Shown: positions 12,011-22,548 of the stretch, one piece after another | How the letters are laid out: every line of letters begins with the position of its first letter | How positions within the stretch are numbered: the first letter of the stretch is position 1 | Source: Escherichia coli | Lineage (GTDB): Bacteria; Pseudomonadota; Gammaproteobacteria; Enterobacterales; Enterobacteriaceae | Length of the DNA: 64,000 nucleotides | Direction: 5' to 3' (one strand) | Assembly: GCF_002854065.1 (NCBI RefSeq) | Contig: NZ_CP024147.1 | Program-made: the position numbers and the translations under genes | Notes under the pieces: model-generated | The model's input: only the letters and a program-made list of their open reading frames with translations | The model's database searches: none | Told to the model about the DNA's origin: nothing

Positions 12011-15000
12011 GCCAGCATTTACCTTTGGTCGCCGCACAGCCCGGCATCTGGATGGCAGAAAAACTGTCGGATTTACCCTCCGCCTGGAGCGTGGCGCATT
12101 ACGTTGACTTAACCGGAGAGGTTGATGCGCCATTACTGGCCCGCGCGGTGGTTGCCGGATTAGCGCAAGCAGATACGTTGCGGATGCGTTTTACGGAAGA
12201 TAACGGCGAAGTCTGGCAATGGGTCGATGATGCGCTGATATTCGAACTGCCAGAAATTATCGACCTGCGAACCAATATTGATCCGCACGGTACTGCGCAG
12301 GCATTAATGCAGGCGGATTTGCAACAAGATTTGCGCGTCGATAGCGGTAAACCACTGGTCTTCCATCAGCTGATACAGGTGGCGGATAACCGCTGGTACT
12401 GGTATCAGCGTTATCACCATTTGCTGGTCGATGGCTTCAGTTTCCCGGCCATTACCCGCCAGATCGCCAATATTTACTGTACATGGCTGCGTGGCGAACC
12501 AACGCCTGCTTCGCCGTTTACGCCTTTCGCTGATGTAGTGGAAGAGTACCGGCAATACCGCGAAAGCGAAGCCTGGCAGCGTGATGCGGCATTCTGGGTA
12601 GAACAGCGTCGCCAACTGCCACCGCCCGCGTCACTTTCTCCGGCACCTTTACCGGGGCGTAGCGCCTCGGCAGATATTCTGCGCCTGAAACTGGAATTTA
12701 CCGACGGGGAATTCCGCCAGCTGGCTATGCAATTTTCAGGTGAGCAGCGTACCGATTTAGCTCTTGCGCTGGCGGCTTTGTGGCTGGGGCGATTGTGCAA
12801 TCGCATGGACTACGCTGCCGGATTTATCTTTATGCGTCGACTGGGGTCGGCGGCGCTGACGGCTACCGGACCTGTGCTCAACGTTTTGCCGTTGGGTATT
12901 CACATTGCGGCACAAGAAACGCTGCCGGAACTGGCAACCCGACTGGCGGCTCAACTGAAAAAAATGCGTCGCCATCAACGTTACGATGCCGAACAAATTG
13001 TCCGTGACAGCGGGCGAGCGGCAGGTGATGAACCGCTGTTTGGTCCGGTACTCAATATCAAGGTATTTGATTACCAACTGGATATTCCTGATGTTGAGGC
13101 GCAAACCCATACCCTGGCAACCGGGCCGGTTAATGACCTTGAACTGGCCCTGTTCCCGGATGAACACGGTGATTTGAGTATTGAGATCCTCGCCAATAAA
13201 CAGCGTTACGCTGAGCCAACGTTAATCCAGCATGCTGAACGCCTGAAAATGCTGATCGCCCAATTCGCCGCGGATCCGGCGCTGTTGTGCGGCGATGTCG
13301 ATATTATGCTGCCAGGTGAGTATGCGCAGCTGGCGCAGATCAACGCCACTCAGGTTGAGATTCCAGAAACCACGCTTAGCGCGCTGGTGGCAGAACAAGC
13401 GGCAAAAACACCGGATGCTCCGGCGCTGGCAGATGCGCGTTACCAGTTCAGCTATCGGGAAATGCGCGAGCAGGTGGTGGCGCTGGCGAATCTGCTGCGT
13501 GAGCACGGCGTTAAACCAGGGGACAGCGTGGCGGTGGCATTACCGCGCTCGGTCTTTTTGACCCTGGCGCTACATGCGATTGTTGAAGCCGGTGCGGCCT
13601 GGTTACCGCTGGATACGGGGTATCCGGACGATCGCCTGAAAATGATGCTGGAAGATGCGCGTCCGTCGCTGTTAATCACCACCGACGATCAACTGCCGCG
13701 CTTTGCCGATGTTCCAGATTTAACCAACCTTTGCTATAACGCCCCGCTTACACCGCAGGGCAGTGCGCCGCTGCAATTTTCACAACCGCATCACACGGCT
13801 TATATCATCTTTACCTCTGGCTCCACCGGCAGGCCGAAAGGGGTAATGGTCGGGCAGACGGCTATCGTCAACCGCCTGCTGTGGATGCAAAACCACTACC
13901 CGCTTACAGGCGAAGATGTCGTTGCCCAAAAAACGCCGTGCAGTTTTGATGTCTCGGTGTGGGAGTTTTTCTGGCCGTTTATTGCCGGGGCTAAACTGGT
14001 GATGGCTGAACCGGAAGCGCACCGCGACCCGCTCGCTATGCAGCAATTCTTTGCCGAATATGGCGTAACGACCACGCACTTTGTGCCGTCGATGCTGGCG
14101 GCATTTGTTGCATCGCTGACGCCCGAAACCGCTCGCCAGAGTTGCGCGACGTTGAAACAGGTTTTCTGTAGTGGTGAGGCCTTACCGGCTGATTTATGCC
14201 GCGAATGGCAACAGTTAACCAGCGTGCCGTTGCATAATCTGTATGGTCCAACGGAAGCGGCGGTGGATGTGAGCTGGTATCCGGCTTTTGGCGAGGAACT
14301 GGCACAGGTGCGCGGCAGCAGTGTGCCGATTGGTTATCCGGTGTGGAATACGGGCCTGCGCATTCTCGATGCGATGATGCATCCGGTGCCGCCGGGTGTG
14401 GCGGGAGATCTCTATCTCACCGGTATTCAACTGGCGCAGGGGTATCTTGGACGACCCGATCTGACCGCCAGCCGTTTTATTGCCGATCCTTTTGCCCCAG
14501 GTGAACGGATGTATCGTACCGGAGACGTTGCCCGCTGGCTGGATAACGGCGCGGTGGAGTACCTCGGGCGCAGTGACGATCAGCTAAAAATTCGCGGGCA
14601 GCGTATCGAACTGGGCGAAATCGATCGCGTGATGCAGGCGCTGCCGGATGTCGAACAAGCCGTTACCCACGCCTGTGTGATTAACCAGGCGGCAGCCACC
14701 GGTGGTGATGCGCGTCAGTTGGTGGGCTATCTGGTGTCGCAATCAGGTCTGCCGTTGGATACCAGCGCATTACAGGCACAGCTTCGCGAAACATTGCCGC
14801 CGCATATGGTGCCGGTCGTTCTGCTGCAACTGCCGCAGTTGCCACTTAGCGCCAACGGCAAGCTGGATCGCAAAGCCTTACCGTTGCCTGAACTTAAGGC
14901 ACAAACGCCGGGGCGTGCGCCGAAAGCGGGCAGTGAAACGATTATCGCTGCGGCATTCGCGTCGTTGCTGGGTTGTGACGTGCAGGATGCCGATGCTGAT

Positions 15001-15888
15001 TTCTTCGCGCTTGGCGGTCATTCGCTACTGGCAATGAAACTGGCAGCGCAGTTAAGTCGACAGTTTGCTCGTCAGGTAACGCCGGGGCAGGTGATGGTCG
15101 CGTCAACTGTCGCCAAACTGGCAACGATTATTGATGGTGAAGAGGACAGCGCCCGGCGCATGGGATTCGAAACCATTCTGCCGTTGCGTGAAGGTAATGG
15201 CCCGACGCTGTTTTGTTTCCACCCGGCATCCGGTTTTGCCTGGCAGTTCAGCGTGCTCTCGCGTTATCTCGATCCACTATGGTCGATTATCGGCATTCAG
15301 TCGCCGCGCCCTCATGGCCCCATGCAGACAGCGACGAACCTGGATGAAGTCTGCGAAGCGCATCTGGCAACGTTACTTGAACAACAACCGCACGGCCCTT
15401 ATTACCTGCTGGGGTATTCCCTTGGCGGTACGCTGGCGCAGGGCATTGCGGCGCGACTACGTGCCCGTGGCGAACAGGTGGCATTTCTTGGCTTGCTGGA
15501 TACCTGGCCGCCAGAAACGCAAAACTGGCAGGAAAAAGAAGCTAATGGTCTGGACCCGGAAGTGCTGGCGGAGATTAACCGCGAGCGCGAGGCCTTCCTG
15601 GCGGCACAGCAGGGAAGTACTTCAACGGAGTTGTTTACCACCATTGAAGGCAACTACGCTGATGCTGTGCGCCTGCTGACGACTGCTCATAGCGTACCGT
15701 TTGACGGTAAAGCGACGTTGTTTGTTGCTGAACGCACGCTTCAGGGAGGTATGAGTCCTGAACGCGCCTGGTCGCCGTGGATTGCGGAGCTGGATATCTA
15801 TCGTCAGGATTGTGCGCATGTGGATATTATCTCTCCAGGGGCATTTGAAAAAATTGGGCCGATTATTCGCGCAACGCTAAACAGATAA
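12007..15888 (+). CDS. entF: Enterobactin non-ribosomal peptide synthetase EntF (condensation, adenylation, carrier and thioesterase domains)
   Basis: 1293-aa ORF with NRPS adenylation motifs (FTSGSTGRPKGV, YRTGD) and a GGHSL carrier-domain serine motif. Confidence 0.95.
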   Translation: MSQHLPLVAAQPGIWMAEKLSDLPSAWSVAHYVDLTGEVDAPLLARAVVAGLAQADTLRMRFTEDNGEVWQWVDDALIFELPEIIDLRTNIDPHGTAQALMQADLQQDLRVDSGKPLVFHQLIQVADNRWYWYQRYHHLLVDGFSFPAITRQIANIYCTWLRGEPTPASPFTPFADVVEEYRQYRESEAWQRDAAFWVEQRRQLPPPASLSPAPLPGRSASADILRLKLEFTDGEFRQLAMQFSGEQRTDLALALAALWLGRLCNRMDYAAGFIFMRRLGSAALTATGPVLNVLPLGIHIAAQETLPELATRLAAQLKKMRRHQRYDAEQIVRDSGRAAGDEPLFGPVLNIKVFDYQLDIPDVEAQTHTLATGPVNDLELALFPDEHGDLSIEILANKQRYAEPTLIQHAERLKMLIAQFAADPALLCGDVDIMLPGEYAQLAQINATQVEIPETTLSALVAEQAAKTPDAPALADARYQFSYREMREQVVALANLLREHGVKPGDSVAVALPRSVFLTLALHAIVEAGAAWLPLDTGYPDDRLKMMLEDARPSLLITTDDQLPRFADVPDLTNLCYNAPLTPQGSAPLQFSQPHHTAYIIFTSGSTGRPKGVMVGQTAIVNRLLWMQNHYPLTGEDVVAQKTPCSFDVSVWEFFWPFIAGAKLVMAEPEAHRDPLAMQQFFAEYGVTTTHFVPSMLAAFVASLTPETARQSCATLKQVFCSGEALPADLCREWQQLTSVPLHNLYGPTEAAVDVSWYPAFGEELAQVRGSSVPIGYPVWNTGLRILDAMMHPVPPGVAGDLYLTGIQLAQGYLGRPDLTASRFIADPFAPGERMYRTGDVARWLDNGAVEYLGRSDDQLKIRGQRIELGEIDRVMQALPDVEQAVTHACVINQAAATGGDARQLVGYLVSQSGLPLDTSALQAQLRETLPPHMVPVVLLQLPQLPLSANGKLDRKALPLPELKAQTPGRAPKAGSETIIAAAFASLLGCDVQDADADFFALGGHSLLAMKLAAQLSRQFARQVTPGQVMVASTVAKLATIIDGEEDSARRMGFETILPLREGNGPTLFCFHPASGFAWQFSVLSRYLDPLWSIIGIQSPRPHGPMQTATNLDEVCEAHLATLLEQQPHGPYYLLGYSLGGTLAQGIAARLRARGEQVAFLGLLDTWPPETQNWQEKEANGLDPEVLAEINREREAFLAAQQGSTSTELFTTIEGNYADAVRLLTTAHSVPFDGKATLFVAERTLQGGMSPERAWSPWIAELDIYRQDCAHVDIISPGAFEKIGPIIRATLNR

Positions 15889-15903
15889 ATTAACATTATC
15901 TAT

Positions 15904-15936
15904 AAACCCATAATTGCAGGAAATAATTATGGGTTT
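15904..15936 (+). terminator. Perfect 12-bp AT-rich inverted repeat (aaacccataatt-9 nt-aattatgggttt) just after entF; terminator or protein-binding palindrome
   Basis: Read directly; followed by a T-rich tract (atcatttatttaatttat). Confidence 0.4.
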
Positions 15937-16103
15937 ATCATTTATTTAATTTATAAGGTTGCTGGTTATTTTTCTTAAATAGAGTGAATGTTGCATTCAG
16001 TGGAATGAATTTACAAACTTCAGCTTCGGATAATTCTCACCAACTGGTAAAGTGAGCGCCGTGGAGATTTCCCCCTATTGGACTCATTTTCAGGTTATAC
16101 CCC

Positions 16104-17237
16104 ATGTCATCACTGAATATTAAACAGGGAAGTGACGCTCATTTTCCCGATTATCCTCTGGCGTCGCCCAGTAATAATGAAATTGATTTACTTAATCTAA
16201 TCTCAGTTTTATGGCGGGCCAAAAAAACGGTCATGGCGGTCGTTTTTGCGTTTGCCTGTGCAGTCTTGCTGATCTCTTTCATCCTGCCGCAAAAATGGAC
16301 CAGCGCGGCGGTTGTCACGCCTCCAGAACCTGTTCAGTGGCAAGAGTTGGAGAAAACATTCACTAAGCTTCGTGTGCTGGATCTGGATATCAAAATTGAT
16401 CGTACAGAAGCATTTAACCTGTTTATCAAGAAGTTTCAGTCGGTTAGCTTGCTGGAAGAGTACCTGCGTTCATCACCTTATGTGATGGACCAATTAAAAG
16501 AGGCGAAAATCGACGAACTGGATTTGCATCGCGCAATTGTCGCATTGAGCGAAAAAATGAAAGCGGTTGATGACAATGCCAGTAAGAAAAAAGATGAACC
16601 GTCACTGTATACCTCCTGGACGCTAAGTTTTACCGCGCCAACCAGTGAAGAGGCGCAGACCGTTTTGAGCGGGTATATCGATTATATCTCTGCGTTGGTG
16701 GTGAAAGAGTCGATAGAAAACGTCCGTAATAAACTGGAGATCAAAACCCAGTTTGAAAAAGAAAAACTGGCTCAGGACCGCATTAAAATGAAAAATCAAC
16801 TTGATGCAAACATTCAGCGCCTCAATTATTCACTCGACATTGCCAACGCGGCAGGAATTAAAAAGCCCGTTTACAGTAATGGTCAGGCCGTTAAAGATGA
16901 CCCCGATTTCTCTATTTCTCTCGGCGCAGACGGTATTGAACGCAAACTGGAAATTGAAAAAGCGGTCACTGACGTTGCGGAACTGAACGGTGAATTACGT
17001 AATCGTCAGTATCTTGTTGAGCAGTTAACAAAAGCAAATATCAACGATGTGAATTTTACGCCGTTTAAATATCAGTTAAGCCCGTCATTGCCAGTGAAAA
17101 AAGACGGTCCGGGTAAGGCGATTATTGTGATCCTTTCCGCGCTGATCGGCGGGATGGTGGCTTGTGGTAGCGTGTTATTGCGCTATGCGATGGCATCCAG
17201 AAAACAGGATGCCATGATGGCAGACCACTTAGTTTAA
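16104..17237 (+). CDS. fepE: Wzz-family polysaccharide chain-length regulator FepE
   Basis: 377-aa ORF with N- and C-terminal transmembrane segments; matches recalled FepE. Confidence 0.9.
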   Translation: MSSLNIKQGSDAHFPDYPLASPSNNEIDLLNLISVLWRAKKTVMAVVFAFACAVLLISFILPQKWTSAAVVTPPEPVQWQELEKTFTKLRVLDLDIKIDRTEAFNLFIKKFQSVSLLEEYLRSSPYVMDQLKEAKIDELDLHRAIVALSEKMKAVDDNASKKKDEPSLYTSWTLSFTAPTSEEAQTVLSGYIDYISALVVKESIENVRNKLEIKTQFEKEKLAQDRIKMKNQLDANIQRLNYSLDIANAAGIKKPVYSNGQAVKDDPDFSISLGADGIERKLEIEKAVTDVAELNGELRNRQYLVEQLTKANINDVNFTPFKYQLSPSLPVKKDGPGKAIIVILSALIGGMVACGSVLLRYAMASRKQDAMMADHLV

Positions 17238-18049
17238 CTATTTGCGGTTGAAGGTGCCGTTCGTCCGAGCGGCACCACGAGCGGCGTTCCGGCTACCGGA
17301 TCGTCAATGATCATGCAGCGGAGACCATAAATGCGCTCAATCAGTTCAGCAGTGACAATCTCCTTCGGCGCTCCCTGAGCAACAATTTTCCCTTCTCGCA
17401 ATGCAATCAAATGGCTGGCGTAACGACAGGCCTGATTAAGATCGTGCAGCACCGCCGCCAGGGTATAGCCTTTCTCGCGGTTCAGTTCGCTTAACAGTTC
17501 CAGCAAATCAATCTGATGACTGATATCCAGCCAGGTCGTGGGTTCGTCGAGCAGCATAATTGCCGTTTCCTGGGCCAGCACCATCGCGATCCACGCTCGC
17601 TGGCGTTGCCCACCGGAAAGGGTATCCACGCTTTGATCTGCAAGATGAGTTATTCCCGTGGCCTGCATCGCTTTCGTTACCGCCTCTTCATCTTCTTTGC
17701 GCCAACGGGTAAACAGCGGTTGATGCGGATAACGCCCACGCGCCACCAGCTCCTGCACGGTGATATCGCCCGGCGTGGTAGCATTTTGCGCCAACAGACC
17801 AATCCGGCGTGCAACTTCTTTACTGGCGTAATGTTGAATGTGCTCGCCATCCAGCCAGACATGCCCGTGAGTAGGCGTCATCAGGCGGCTTAAGGTACGC
17901 AGCAACGTGGATTTACCGCAGCCATTTGGCCCGATAATTGCCGTGAAGTGACCATCAGGTATTTCTACAGTCAGATTTTCCGCAACGGTATATTTGCCAT
18001 ATCCCAGGGTTAACTGTTCGCCGCGCAAACGGGCTACTGATTCGGTCAT
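17234..18049 (-). CDS. fepC: Ferric enterobactin ABC transporter ATP-binding protein FepC
   Basis: Track ORF 17234..18190; recalled FepC (271 aa) starts MTESVARLRGEQ; Walker A GPNGCGKST and signature LSGGQRQR present. Confidence 0.9.
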   Translation of the reverse strand: MTESVARLRGEQLTLGYGKYTVAENLTVEIPDGHFTAIIGPNGCGKSTLLRTLSRLMTPTHGHVWLDGEHIQHYASKEVARRIGLLAQNATTPGDITVQELVARGRYPHQPLFTRWRKEDEEAVTKAMQATGITHLADQSVDTLSGGQRQRAWIAMVLAQETAIMLLDEPTTWLDISHQIDLLELLSELNREKGYTLAAVLHDLNQACRYASHLIALREGKIVAQGAPKEIVTAELIERIYGLRCMIIDDPVAGTPLVVPLGRTAPSTANS

Positions 18050-19038
18050 TTTTTGCGAGACTCCTGAATTAACAAGACGATAAGGTAAATACCGCCGAGG
18101 CTGACGGTAACGACGCCAACCGGAAGTTGATACGGCATAAACAGTTGTTGGGCGCAGAGATCGGCCGCCAGCAGTAACAACGCCCCGCACAGCGCCGCCT
18201 GGGTTAGCCCCCAGCGAGCGGTGCCGCTAATGCGTCGGGCAATGTGCGGCGCGACTAAAGCAATAAAGGAAATCGGCCCGGCAAGCGCTGTTGCCGCAGC
18301 GGTAAGCACCACTGCAACCAGCATCATTAACAGACGCGAACGTTCGACGCTGACGCCCAGCGCACACGCGGTATCATCGCCCATTTCCAGCAAGCGCATC
18401 CGGCGTACCAGTAAGGCGGCGGCAATTAGCATCAATATAATGATGGGTGCGGAAGGCGAGGTTTTTGCCCACGTCAGGCCGTTGAGCGATCCGGCATTCC
18501 ACAAACCTGCTGTTAGCGCCGTTTCTAAAGACGCTTTCAGCAACAGCCAGGTATTAAAGGCCACCAGCATGGCGCGAACGCCGATACCGATAATAATCAA
18601 CCGAAAGGTGTCGATACCGTTACGCCAGGCGAGCAGCCAGACCAACAGCGAAGTGATAATGCCGCCCACCATTGCTGCCAGCGCGATAGCCGTCAGGTCC
18701 TGACCAAACAGCACCATCGCCACCAGCACGCCGCTCCACGCCCCGGTGTTAAAACCCATTACGTCAGGGCTGCCGAGCGGGTTACGCATCAGCGACTGAA
18801 AAATCGCGCCACTGACGCCCAGTGCTGCGCCAATCAACAGCGCCATCAGCACGCGTGGTAAACGCCATTCGGTGACCACCATCGTCATACTGCGCGGCGC
18901 ATCGCCCATCAGCGCGGCGAATACCTGCGAGGTTTCCAGCGTGACGGCACCGCTGCGTAATCCCCAGATACCTGCAACCACACAGGCGGAAATCAGCAGC
19001 AAACAGGTGATGAGTAATCGGCGAGAGACGTAAATCAT
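18046..19038 (-). CDS. fepG: Ferric enterobactin ABC transporter permease FepG
   Basis: 330-aa polytopic membrane ORF; 4-nt overlap with fepC. Confidence 0.9.
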   Translation of the reverse strand: MIYVSRRLLITCLLLISACVVAGIWGLRSGAVTLETSQVFAALMGDAPRSMTMVVTEWRLPRVLMALLIGAALGVSGAIFQSLMRNPLGSPDVMGFNTGAWSGVLVAMVLFGQDLTAIALAAMVGGIITSLLVWLLAWRNGIDTFRLIIIGIGVRAMLVAFNTWLLLKASLETALTAGLWNAGSLNGLTWAKTSPSAPIIILMLIAAALLVRRMRLLEMGDDTACALGVSVERSRLLMMLVAVVLTAAATALAGPISFIALVAPHIARRISGTARWGLTQAALCGALLLLAADLCAQQLFMPYQLPVGVVTVSLGGIYLIVLLIQESRKK

Positions 19039-20039
19039 GCACCACCTCGCGTTTTACGTCGCACGAGGAAGATCAGCACCGGTGCACCAATAAACGCACT
19101 GACCACAGAAACGCGCAGTTCACCGGGCACAATCACCCGCCCGATGATATCGGCAAACAGCAGCAGGGCAGGGGTAGCAAGTAGCGTGACGGGCAGCGAC
19201 CAGCGATGATCGGCACCCACCAGCCAACGCGCCATATGCGGCATCATCAGGCCAATAAAGGCAATCGGGCCAACTACCGCCGTCGCACTACCACAAAGCA
19301 CGGTAATCGCCAGCAGACCAATCAACTGTGTGCGCGCCACGCGACTGCCCAGCGCCGTCGCGGTGTCACTGCCGAGGCTCAAACTGTTCAGCGCGCGGCT
19401 CAGTAATAGCGCGGTTGCTCCGGCGATCAGCACCGGGATCAGCACCACTTTTAAGGTATGTAGATTGCGAATATCCAGCGAACCGGCTTGCCAGAAACGC
19501 AGTTGATCGTAGACGTCAGGATTAAGCAGGGCGATGCCGCTGGTCAGCCCTTCCAGCACCGCCGCCAGCGCCACGCCCGCCAGGGTTAAACGCACCGGAC
19601 TTAACTGCCCGCCGCCCTGGCTGCCGGTAAAGGCAACAATCAATGAGGCCACCAGCGCCCCGGCGAAGGCCATCGCCAGTTGTTCCTGTGCGGAAGAGTA
19701 ACCAAACAGCGCCGCACCCAGCACAATGGCAAAGCTGGCTCCGGCGTTCACGCCAAGCAAGCCGGGGTCGGCAAGTGGGTTTCGGGTGAGGGTTTGCATT
19801 AACGCCCCGGCAAGGCCAAGCGCGCCGCCTGCCAGTAAACCGGCAAGGGTACGCGGCAGCCGCGCGTCGAGCACGATGGTGCAGTCGGCGCTCTGGCAGG
19901 TGCCGGAGAAGGCCTCCAGCACTACGGAAGCGGGGAGTGATTTTGCCCCAATGAGCAGACTTAATGCCGTCGCGATAATCAGTAATAACAGCAATCCGGG
20001 CACGGCAATGGCGCGTGTCACGGCAACAGAACCAGACAT
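19035..20039 (-). CDS. fepD: Ferric enterobactin ABC transporter permease FepD
   Basis: Track ORF 19035..20051; recalled FepD (334 aa) starts MSGSVAV, 4 codons in; the start at 20051 remains possible. Confidence 0.85.
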   Translation of the reverse strand: MSGSVAVTRAIAVPGLLLLLIIATALSLLIGAKSLPASVVLEAFSGTCQSADCTIVLDARLPRTLAGLLAGGALGLAGALMQTLTRNPLADPGLLGVNAGASFAIVLGAALFGYSSAQEQLAMAFAGALVASLIVAFTGSQGGGQLSPVRLTLAGVALAAVLEGLTSGIALLNPDVYDQLRFWQAGSLDIRNLHTLKVVLIPVLIAGATALLLSRALNSLSLGSDTATALGSRVARTQLIGLLAITVLCGSATAVVGPIAFIGLMMPHMARWLVGADHRWSLPVTLLATPALLLFADIIGRVIVPGELRVSVVSAFIGAPVLIFLVRRKTRGGA

Positions 20040-20051
20040 ACGAACTTCCAT

Positions 20052-20076
20052 GATAATGAAATTAATTATCGTTATC
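20052..20076 (+). promoter_or_regulatory. Fur box in the divergent fepD / entS promoter region
   Basis: gataatgaaattaattatcgttatc closely resembles the Fur consensus. Confidence 0.65.
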
Positions 20077-20149
20077 GATCTTATTTGGATATGTTAGCAT
20101 GTGCAGCCTAAGAATAGGTATTTAAAATATTTGATGGCAAGGCATTGTA

Positions 20150-21400
20150 ATGAATAAACAATCCTGGCTGCTTAACCTCAGCCTGTTGAAAACGCACCCG
20201 GCGTTTCGCGCAGTATTCCTCGCTCGTTTCATCTCTATTGTTTCTCTGGGTTTGCTCGGCGTCGCGGTGCCGGTGCAGATCCAGATGATGACACATTCCA
20301 CCTGGCAGGTGGGGCTTTCGGTGACGCTGACCGGCGGCGCGATGTTTGTTGGCCTGATGGTCGGCGGTGTGCTGGCGGATCGCTATGAGCGCAAAAAAGT
20401 GATTTTGCTGGCGCGCGGCATCTGTGGCATTGGCTTCATTGGACTGTGCCTGAACGCGCTGCTGCCGGAGCCGTCATTGCTGGCAATCTATTTACTTGGT
20501 TTATGGGATGGTTTTTTCGCATCGCTTGGCGTTACGGCGCTATTGGCGGCGACACCTGCACTGGTAGGGCGTGAAAACTTAATGCAGGCCGGGGCGATCA
20601 CCATGTTGACCGTGCGTCTGGGGTCGGTGATTTCGCCCATGATTGGCGGTTTACTGCTGGCGACTGGCGGTGTGGCCTGGAACTACGGACTGGCGGCGGC
20701 GGGCACGTTTATTACCTTGCTACCGTTGTTAAGCCTTCCGGCACTGCCACCGCCACCGCAGCCGCGTGAGCATCCGTTGAAATCATTACTGGCAGGATTT
20801 CGTTTTCTGCTCGCCAGCCCGCTGGTGGGAGGGATTGCGCTGCTGGGTGGTTTATTGACGATGGCGAGTGCGGTGCGGGTACTGTATCCGGCGCTGGCTG
20901 ACAACTGGCAGATGTCAGCGGCACAGATTGGTTTTCTCTACGCGGCGATCCCGCTCGGCGCGGCTATTGGTGCGTTAACCAGCGGGAAGCTGGCACATAG
21001 TGCGCGACCAGGGTTATTGATGCTGCTCTCCACGCTGGGATCGTTCCTCGCCATTGGTCTGTTTGGCCTGATGCCGATGTGGATTTTAGGCGTGGTTTGT
21101 CTGGCGCTGTTCGGCTGGCTGAGCGCGGTTAGTTCGTTGCTGCAATATACAATGCTGCAAACGCAAACTCCGGAAGCGATGTTAGGGCGGATTAACGGTT
21201 TGTGGACGGCGCAGAACGTGACGGGCGATGCCATAGGCGCAGCGCTGCTGGGCGGTTTGGGAGCGATGATGACACCGGTTGCTTCCGCAAGCGCGAGCGG
21301 TTTTGGTTTGTTGATTATCGGCGTGTTGTTATTGCTGGTGCTGGTGGAGTTGCGACGTTTTCGCCAGACGCCGCCGCAGGTGACAGCGTCTGACGGTTAA
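20150..21400 (+). CDS. entS: Enterobactin exporter EntS (MFS transporter)
   Basis: 416-aa 12-TM ORF matching recalled EntS (YbdA). Confidence 0.9.
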   Translation: MNKQSWLLNLSLLKTHPAFRAVFLARFISIVSLGLLGVAVPVQIQMMTHSTWQVGLSVTLTGGAMFVGLMVGGVLADRYERKKVILLARGICGIGFIGLCLNALLPEPSLLAIYLLGLWDGFFASLGVTALLAATPALVGRENLMQAGAITMLTVRLGSVISPMIGGLLLATGGVAWNYGLAAAGTFITLLPLLSLPALPPPPQPREHPLKSLLAGFRFLLASPLVGGIALLGGLLTMASAVRVLYPALADNWQMSAAQIGFLYAAIPLGAAIGALTSGKLAHSARPGLLMLLSTLGSFLAIGLFGLMPMWILGVVCLALFGWLSAVSSLLQYTMLQTQTPEAMLGRINGLWTAQNVTGDAIGAALLGGLGAMMTPVASASASGFGLLIIGVLLLLVLVELRRFRQTPPQVTASDG

Positions 21401-21403
21401 TGC

Positions 21404-22360
21404 TTAAAACAGCGCCTTAAGTCGTTCCAGCACTTGCATGGCGCTGTAGTAATCCAGACGGAACGTCTCGGTTCCCAACGCATAAACCTGCTTGTTTTGT
21501 ACTGCAGGCAGGTGCGCGAGCAGCGGATTAGCATAAATAGCATCGGCATCTTTCTGATCACCGGCGAACAGGAATAGTGACTCGCCATTTAACCCTGCAG
21601 CCAGATTTTCCCCACCAAGCTGAATGATGTCATGGCGTTTACCCTGACTTTGGCTGGCATTTAACCCTGCGGGTAACTTCGCCAGCGTAAAGCCGAGTTG
21701 TTCCAGCATCTGCCCTTGTGCTGATTCCGGCGTCCAGAGATTGGCACTGTGTGCAGCGGCAGTATAGACAATGGCAGTGACCGGCTGCGGCGGTAATTTG
21801 ATTTGCTCTTTCGCCGCCGCCAGTTGCTTATCAAACTGCGCAATCCGCTCTGCCGCTTGTTTCTCATGCCCGGTAATTTCGCCAAGTTGCGTTAACAGCG
21901 CCTGCCAGCTTTTGTCGTCGTAATTGATGATTAATGTCGGAGCGATGGTGGAAAGCTGATCGTACAGCGCCAGCGCCGAATCACCGCCGGTTGCGCTAAT
22001 TAAAATCAGATCCGGCATTTGCGCGGCAACGGCTTCTGCACTCGGTTCGCCGATATAGAGCCGTTGCAGTTTGCGTTCTTTCGCCACCTTGCTCCACTGG
22101 CGTAAAAAGCCCTGGTCATCCGCGACGCGGTTATTTGGCGTGGTCGCGCCGCTGGCGATCACCGGAGCATCAATCGCCAGCAGTGAGCCGGTCAGGGTGA
22201 CGCTGGTGGAAACAATACGCTGCGGCTGGCTTTCCAGGGTATGAATGCCACGGCTGTCAGTAATCTGACGCGGCCAGTCGGCGGCCTGAACTGCGGCTAT
22301 TCCTGAAAGCAAAAGTCCTGTTAATAGAAGGGCATTGCGGTAGAGCGGGGCGAGTCTCAC
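21404..22360 (-). CDS. fepB: Periplasmic ferric enterobactin-binding protein FepB
   Basis: 318-aa ORF with signal peptide ...AAVQA; matches recalled FepB. Confidence 0.9.
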   Translation of the reverse strand: MRLAPLYRNALLLTGLLLSGIAAVQAADWPRQITDSRGIHTLESQPQRIVSTSVTLTGSLLAIDAPVIASGATTPNNRVADDQGFLRQWSKVAKERKLQRLYIGEPSAEAVAAQMPDLILISATGGDSALALYDQLSTIAPTLIINYDDKSWQALLTQLGEITGHEKQAAERIAQFDKQLAAAKEQIKLPPQPVTAIVYTAAAHSANLWTPESAQGQMLEQLGFTLAKLPAGLNASQSQGKRHDIIQLGGENLAAGLNGESLFLFAGDQKDADAIYANPLLAHLPAVQNKQVYALGTETFRLDYYSAMQVLERLKALF

Positions 22361-22458
22361 AAATCAGCTTCCTGTTATTAATGAAGTTAATGCTTCTCAT
22401 TTTCATTGTAACCACAACCAAATGCAACCCCGAGTTGCAGATTGCGTTACCTCAAGAG

Positions 22459-22487
22459 TTGACATAGTGCGCGTTTGCTTTTAGGTT
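22459..22487 (+). promoter_or_regulatory. Candidate sigma70 promoter for entC (ttgaca, 17-nt spacer, taggtt)
   Basis: Consensus -35 and a plausible -10 at correct spacing, read directly; the Fur box lies immediately downstream. Confidence 0.45.
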
Positions 22488-22496
22488 AGCGACCGA

Positions 22497-22522
22497 AAAT
22501 ATAAATGATAATCATTATTAAA
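22497..22522 (+). promoter_or_regulatory. Fur box in the divergent fepB / entC promoter region
   Basis: ataaatgataatcattattaaag is a near-perfect match to GATAATGATAATCATTATC. Confidence 0.75.
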
Positions 22523-22548
22523 GCCTTTATCATTTTGTGGAGGATGAT

